A stretch of 64,000 nt of DNA from Patescibacteria group bacterium (GTDB taxonomy: Bacteria > Patescibacteriota > UBA1384 > 2-12-FULL-50-11): positions 6,560-70,559 of the forward strand of contig JALHMV010000003.1 in NCBI GenBank assembly GCA_022843855.1, in the 5' to 3' direction. The notes under the pieces were generated by a model. The model searched no databases. It had not been told where the DNA came from and saw only the letters and a program-made list of their open reading frames with translations. The translations under genes and the position numbers were made by a program. This document shows, piece by piece, positions 59,524 to 64,000 of the stretch (position 1 is the first letter of the stretch; every line of letters begins with the position of its first letter).

Positions 59524-59990
59524 AGCAACTACTTATCGCACTGATCGTTATCGGGAGCATGATACTGACCGGCTGCCCGAACAAGAGCATCCAGAAGGCG
59601 AAGGACGCAAGCTCGAAGCTCGCGTCCTATGCCAATGCCGGGGTGAACATTACGCGGGATCTATACCGCGAGAATGTCATTTCCAGAGACACGAAGGACC
59701 GCATCGCCGACGCCTTCATTCTGCTGGCAGACGGCGGGATCGCATTCGACCTGGCCGTGAAGAAGGCCGAGGAAGCATACGGATCTTCGGCGCCGAAGGC
59801 AGAGGTCGAGAGGCTTTTTGCCGTCTTCGACCGGGAGGTCGTCGCACGGTTCCTCGCTGTACTTGAAAAGCTTAAAGCCGTGACCAATGCGACCGCGTAT
59901 CTGGCGGTCATTGAATCACTAAAGGCCGCGATCCTGATCGTGGCCGGGGCTTTCGGCAAGAAGCAGGCCGTCGAGGGGAGGATAGGCTAA
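59520..59990 (+). CDS. lipoprotein, possible unimolecular spanin (N-terminal lipobox LTGC, C-terminal hydrophobic helix)
   Basis: ATGA coupling to the holin. Signal peptide plus LTG|C, and C-terminal AAILIVAGAFG. Confidence 0.4.
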   Translation: MKQLLIALIVIGSMILTGCPNKSIQKAKDASSKLASYANAGVNITRDLYRENVISRDTKDRIADAFILLADGGIAFDLAVKKAEEAYGSSAPKAEVERLFAVFDREVVARFLAVLEKLKAVTNATAYLAVIESLKAAILIVAGAFGKKQAVEGRIG

Positions 59991-60169
59991 TGGACAGCGT
60001 ATTTCTATTTGCAGCGATCGAGATCATCCGCAAGCTGATCACGATTGTCGGTAACGTCACGTTGAAGGAATCTCTGACGTGGCTAGAGGTCAAAGCGAAC
60101 GCGGAAGCGTTGCGCGAAGAGGGTCACGACGTAGAGCCAACGCCACCTGAGAAGCCAAATGGCCAGTAA
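59990..60169 (+). CDS. hypothetical small protein (59 aa)
   Basis: TAATG coupling. Below the ORF-track length cutoff. Coordinates +/-1. Confidence 0.25.
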   Translation: MDSVFLFAAIEIIRKLITIVGNVTLKESLTWLEVKANAEALREEGHDVEPTPPEKPNGQ

Positions 60170-61289
60170 TGGGTTACTACAAAAACAGTTGGCCGGGCTT
60201 CGGACGAAGCTAAGGACATTCGTGTCGTTAGGGGCTCGAGCTGTGTTCAACGCCATCGGCTTGACCACCAACCACAGGAGCGTGCTCACTCTCTACCCAG
60301 GCCCGGCCAACAACCCGTTCGTCGTGCAAGACAACCCATCGACGCACGTAATAACCCCGACTCTGTGCGTCGATCAGAACCTGGATTTCACCGGCATTAC
60401 CGGTCCACGGTATTTGATAGGCCAGATGATCAGGCAGTACGTGGGGTGCAGTGACGTTCCGGCCGGAAGCCCAGAGATCATCGGTAGCTGGGTCATACAG
60501 GCCAACAACATTGACGACAGTGGAAAACTGAGGATGACGGCCGGACAATTCCATTGCGAGGTCGAGCACCCGGTAGCGAACGCGGTCGGAGCCCGCAACT
60601 CCGCGGCGATCGGGAGTGGCTGGGCATACACGGAGGCGAACACCAACGTAGTCGTGGGAACCTTCGCTTACGCCGGGGTCGGTCACCAGTGGTCGAACTG
60701 CAAATCCGGGACCGCGGTAGTAGCAGAGGTCAGTAACACCGGAGCTGCCTACGGAACGGCCGATGAGGTCGTCAACGTAGAGATCAGGAACAACATCCGC
60801 GGCACTATCGATACGGTCAACGGAGCGATCACGGTCGGCCGGTACCGCGGCATCGCATTCACGCAGCCGTCTCAGTACGGCACCGAGGCTCCCGAGTTCG
60901 GAACTTACATCGGGATTCACTTCGAGAACACGTTTGACCACCTAGCAAATAACTCTACCGTCGAGAAATGGCTGATCAAATCAGAAAGCGTTCTTGAGTC
61001 TTACTTCAAGGGCAAGTTCAACTTTGACAACACCGTTGTAGCTCCGGCCGACACCGGGAATAAGACGATCGATAAACCTTCCGGTCAGGCGCGGATCGCA
61101 GCGGCCGGGACCAGTGTTGTTATCACCAATTCCCAGGTCACGCCAGACAGCGTGATCATCGCAACGGTCGCTTCGAACGACGCGACTCTCAAGACAGTGG
61201 CGGTCGTCGCAGGAACAGGATCGTTCACGATACATGGCAACGCAGCGGCTACCGCAGAAACCTTGATCAAGTGGATCGTTTTCAACTAG
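60159..61289 (+). CDS. hypothetical Gly/Thr/Asn/Val-rich protein (structural or receptor-binding-like composition)
   Basis: Track ORF. Confidence 0.4.
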   Translation: MASNGLLQKQLAGLRTKLRTFVSLGARAVFNAIGLTTNHRSVLTLYPGPANNPFVVQDNPSTHVITPTLCVDQNLDFTGITGPRYLIGQMIRQYVGCSDVPAGSPEIIGSWVIQANNIDDSGKLRMTAGQFHCEVEHPVANAVGARNSAAIGSGWAYTEANTNVVVGTFAYAGVGHQWSNCKSGTAVVAEVSNTGAAYGTADEVVNVEIRNNIRGTIDTVNGAITVGRYRGIAFTQPSQYGTEAPEFGTYIGIHFENTFDHLANNSTVEKWLIKSESVLESYFKGKFNFDNTVVAPADTGNKTIDKPSGQARIAAAGTSVVITNSQVTPDSVIIATVASNDATLKTVAVVAGTGSFTIHGNAAATAETLIKWIVFN

Positions 61290-61299
61290 GAGTATAAAG

Positions 61300-61647
61300 A
61301 TGAAGAAACTGCTTTTAGCAATCACACTACTCGCACTGTTTGCTCTCCCGGCGCAGGCATCGTGGTATTCGGTAACGAATACCTGGACATACGGACAGGT
61401 GACACGAGACTCAAGCTGCGAGGAAGGGTCGGTCGCCATCATTGTATACGACGACCAAAGCAATGCGGTCGCCACAGGGCTCACCAATCAGTTCGGGTAC
61501 TACACTTCGTCTCCGTTTCAAGTGAACGGGGTTATGAATAACGCGGACACCGTGGCGACCGGAAAGCCCGGAACGGATTGGGCCCGCCATATCACTATCA
61601 TCGGTGGCGGCGGAAATCCCTTTAACTTCCACATTGACTGTGACTAA
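61300..61647 (+). CDS. secreted small protein (N-terminal signal peptide)
   Basis: MKKLLLAITLLALFALPAQA signal. AAAGATG RBS. Confidence 0.4.
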   Translation: MKKLLLAITLLALFALPAQASWYSVTNTWTYGQVTRDSSCEEGSVAIIVYDDQSNAVATGLTNQFGYYTSSPFQVNGVMNNADTVATGKPGTDWARHITIIGGGGNPFNFHIDCD

Positions 61648-61656
61648 GGCAAAGCA

Positions 61657-62442
61657 ATGGATCTACTTCAAAAACAATTAGCGTGGATGAAAGGCCTGTC
61701 CAGAAAAAAGCTCTCCGGTAGTGACGTTCTCGGTATGGTGGGCGGAGCATCGCTCCTAGGGGCTAGTCCAAAAGGAGGGCGCGTAATAGGGATCAATGGC
61801 ACGACCGATCTGTATACCGTGCCGGATGGAAGGGTTGCGGTCGGCGTGGGTTGGTTCCGAAACAACCCAACAGGCGGGGCGATCACGACCGGCATTGACA
61901 TTATCACCGGGGTAGACTCCATCAGGGTAAACACATCCCCGGCCTCCCTTGGCGCCGGTGTGGCTAATAACATCTCCATGGCGATCGGTTCGCTCATGTC
62001 GGCAGGCGACATACTGCGCGTGACCGACAGCGCGGCCGGGGTGGCTCACTCCTGGTCGATCGTTGAGGGGCCGGCCGATCTGAACTCCTTTCTCAAGGTC
62101 GCCCGATCATTCGGGATGTCCACAACGCCTGAAAAGATCTACGAAGCCCCGGCGGGAAAGATCGGCTCGCTAACAACCACCCCGCTCAGCGGCAGCAGCT
62201 CCCTGACCTGCTTCAATAACTCAGGTACGGGGGCGAAGACTGTTTCAGTGTACCTGGTACCGCCAGGGCAGGCCGTCGCCGCAGAGTACCTTATCGGGAC
62301 GGCGGCCCCTGCCGACAATGGCAATGGGGCGGCCGTGGGTGGTGTGCCGCATATCCCCTCCGGGTACGGCCTTTGGGTGACATCCTCCAATAATGACGCC
62401 GGCGTGAAATGCAGGGCGATTGTTGCGGAGTTCGACGCATAA
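61657..62442 (+). CDS. hypothetical Gly/Ala/Ser-rich protein
   Basis: Track ORF. Confidence 0.4.
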   Translation: MDLLQKQLAWMKGLSRKKLSGSDVLGMVGGASLLGASPKGGRVIGINGTTDLYTVPDGRVAVGVGWFRNNPTGGAITTGIDIITGVDSIRVNTSPASLGAGVANNISMAIGSLMSAGDILRVTDSAAGVAHSWSIVEGPADLNSFLKVARSFGMSTTPEKIYEAPAGKIGSLTTTPLSGSSSLTCFNNSGTGAKTVSVYLVPPGQAVAAEYLIGTAAPADNGNGAAVGGVPHIPSGYGLWVTSSNNDAGVKCRAIVAEFDA

Positions 62443-62828
62443 TGAATCTACTCCGAAAAATGATCGAGAATCTCCGTAACCGCGTCAAGGCTCTTGAGTC
62501 TGGCGGGGGCGGAGGTGTTCCGTACCTAACATACGTTGCGGAGATCGACCAAAGCGGAACGGCAAACCCGACCGCTTTGGTGCGAGAAAACACGCTCGGT
62601 GTCGACGTGGTCTGGACGAGGGGCGGTGTCGGCTCCTATACAGGGGCATTTACGCCTGCGCTCGATCCCGGGGCAAAGGTGTGGCCTCGGATCCTAGAAG
62701 TGCAGCCGTTCCCGGGTGGGGCCGAGCTTTACGCCGAGGCAGGCAACTCTGGCATTAACATTTATGTGACGGGTGACAGCCAGTTGTATCGCTACCCGGT
62801 CGAAATCAGAATTTATCCAGATGCATAA
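62442..62828 (+). CDS. hypothetical protein
   Basis: TAATG coupling. Frame of track ORF 62409..62828. Confidence 0.4.
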   Translation: MNLLRKMIENLRNRVKALESGGGGGVPYLTYVAEIDQSGTANPTALVRENTLGVDVVWTRGGVGSYTGAFTPALDPGAKVWPRILEVQPFPGGAELYAEAGNSGINIYVTGDSQLYRYPVEIRIYPDA

Positions 62829-63645
62829 AATACTAATCATCATCATCGCACTGCTCGCCCTCGGGGCGACCGACTGTAAGAAGAAGCCTTCGATGCCGGA
62901 CATCGTGAAGAAAGCGGCCTCGATGCCGAGCGGAGCGGTGGCCATTTCCACCAACTCGCAACAGCGGACGACGAAAGGGGCTCATCATCACGGCTTCAAA
63001 GATCTATCGCAAGCACAGCTCGACCTGATAGACATCGGCATCGATCAGCTCTACGCATCGGCGATCGCGGACGGCTTTAAGCCCGAGGCTCGCAAAGAGT
63101 ATTCGTGGTTCGTCGTCTCGACTCCGCCACTGCCCTGCATACCGTCCCCGGTCAGCCGGACGCCTAGCTTTGTTATCAACGGCGGGCCTTACTACGACGG
63201 AACCGAATGGGATCAATACAACACGAAAGGCGTCGGAGTGCCGGATGGCATCTCTGTGATCTTCGCGGCCGAGATGGTCCTGAGCATCGGGACGGAAATA
63301 TCTGTTCCGAACTACGCATGGATGTACGTCTGCCCCGACACGAGCGTGCTCGTCAATGCGGTTCGCTACGGCGGCGATCACGCCTTTCTAGCGAACTTCC
63401 CGTACACCGAGAAATACCGCACGACCGGGCCATACGACGGTTACGCATGGTTTAATGCGACGATAGTCCACGGGCCGGGGCATCCGCTGCTCCCGCGGCC
63501 GGCCTCGGCGCTCGAGGGCGGCTTTGAGGAAATGGTGAAGCTACCGGAAGGGCGAGAGGTCGAAGGGTCGAAGGATTTGGCTGACGCATTTGGCGTCGGC
63601 GAAGTGAAGTGGGTGACCGGTCAGGTAACGCGGCCGGCTAGATAG
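62821..63645 (+). CDS. secreted/membrane-anchored protein (signal peptide MHKILIIIIALLALGATDC)
   Basis: ATG 62821 in frame with track ORF 62773..63645. Confidence 0.4.
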   Translation: MHKILIIIIALLALGATDCKKKPSMPDIVKKAASMPSGAVAISTNSQQRTTKGAHHHGFKDLSQAQLDLIDIGIDQLYASAIADGFKPEARKEYSWFVVSTPPLPCIPSPVSRTPSFVINGGPYYDGTEWDQYNTKGVGVPDGISVIFAAEMVLSIGTEISVPNYAWMYVCPDTSVLVNAVRYGGDHAFLANFPYTEKYRTTGPYDGYAWFNATIVHGPGHPLLPRPASALEGGFEEMVKLPEGREVEGSKDLADAFGVGEVKWVTGQVTRPAR

Positions 63646-63688
63646 ATGGCCGAAAGGACATCGTAAAAAACAAAAGGAGAGAAAAAGC

Positions 63689-64000
63689 ATGAAACACATA
63701 CGAGTCATAGCATTTGCGTTCGCGATCTTGTTCGCGTTCGCGGCTTTCGTAGTGGTTTCGTCAGGCGAGCAGTCGGCATCGACGACGGCCGCGGCCTCCG
63801 AAGAGGTTCAGGATGTGACGCAGAGCGTTGCTCCCGACCTTTCGGGCGTTGTGGCCGCTGTACCGATGCCCGAAAGCGAACCCGCGAAAGCCATACGATT
63901 TAGGCATCGTGTCGTGTCTTCGGCCGAGCTTGCCAACTATACAAGCTGGATCGCCGAAGTGCCGATACCGCCGAACAAACCAACTACTTATCAGCCGTTC
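63689..64000 (+). CDS. secreted protein, N-terminal part (runs off window end)
   Basis: AAGGAGAG RBS. Signal peptide MKHIRVIAFAFAILFAFAAFVVVS. Frame open to nt 64000. Confidence 0.35.
   Translation, partial: MKHIRVIAFAFAILFAFAAFVVVSSGEQSASTTAAASEEVQDVTQSVAPDLSGVVAAVPMPESEPAKAIRFRHRVVSSAELANYTSWIAEVPIPPNKPTTYQPF

Overview
The window is a 64-kb, ~62% GC stretch whose recognisable genes all lie on the + strand and together look like most of a tailed-phage genome. No integrase, excisionase or CI-like repressor was recognised. From 5' to 3' it contains: (i) an early/replication block: the 3' end of a Gp37/Gp68-family gene, small Zn-ribbon proteins, a J-domain protein, a DnaB-type replicative helicase, a winged-helix replication initiator with an iteron/palindrome cluster inside its own gene (putative ori), a ParB-like nuclease-domain protein, a KTSC-domain protein and an XRE-type HTH protein. 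(ii) A candidate packaging/head block: a TerS-like Zn-ribbon protein, a TerL-like 755-aa protein, a portal candidate, an acidic scaffold-like protein and a major capsid candidate followed by a strong terminator. (iii) About ten virion/tail genes, including an 800-aa protein and a 732-aa highly repetitive tail-fibre-like protein. (iv) An accessory trio: a GT-A-like glycosyltransferase, a class-I SAM methyltransferase and a PAPS-reductase-like PP-loop protein. (v) A single uninterrupted 20,856-nt ORF (6,951 codons) encoding a giant multi-domain 'polyvalent'-type protein. Its recognisable modules are an SLT-like transglycosylase motif, a ParB-like domain, SF2 helicase motifs, an N6-adenine-type methyltransferase, two tandem ~430-aa duplicated modules and a C-terminal multi-helix hydrophobic region. 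(vi) A lysis cassette with a peptidoglycan-binding amidase endolysin, a RyR-domain protein, a holin and a spanin-like lipoprotein. (vii) Several secreted or structural-looking genes running off the 3' end. Non-coding highlights are a tRNA-Met gene with bacterial-initiator hallmarks, three copies of a conserved ~75-110-nt promoter / conserved-box / terminator-hairpin element placed before three operons, an operator palindrome over an early promoter, and direct repeats at the terS promoter. The long minus-strand ORFs in the track look like GC-rich antisense artefacts.
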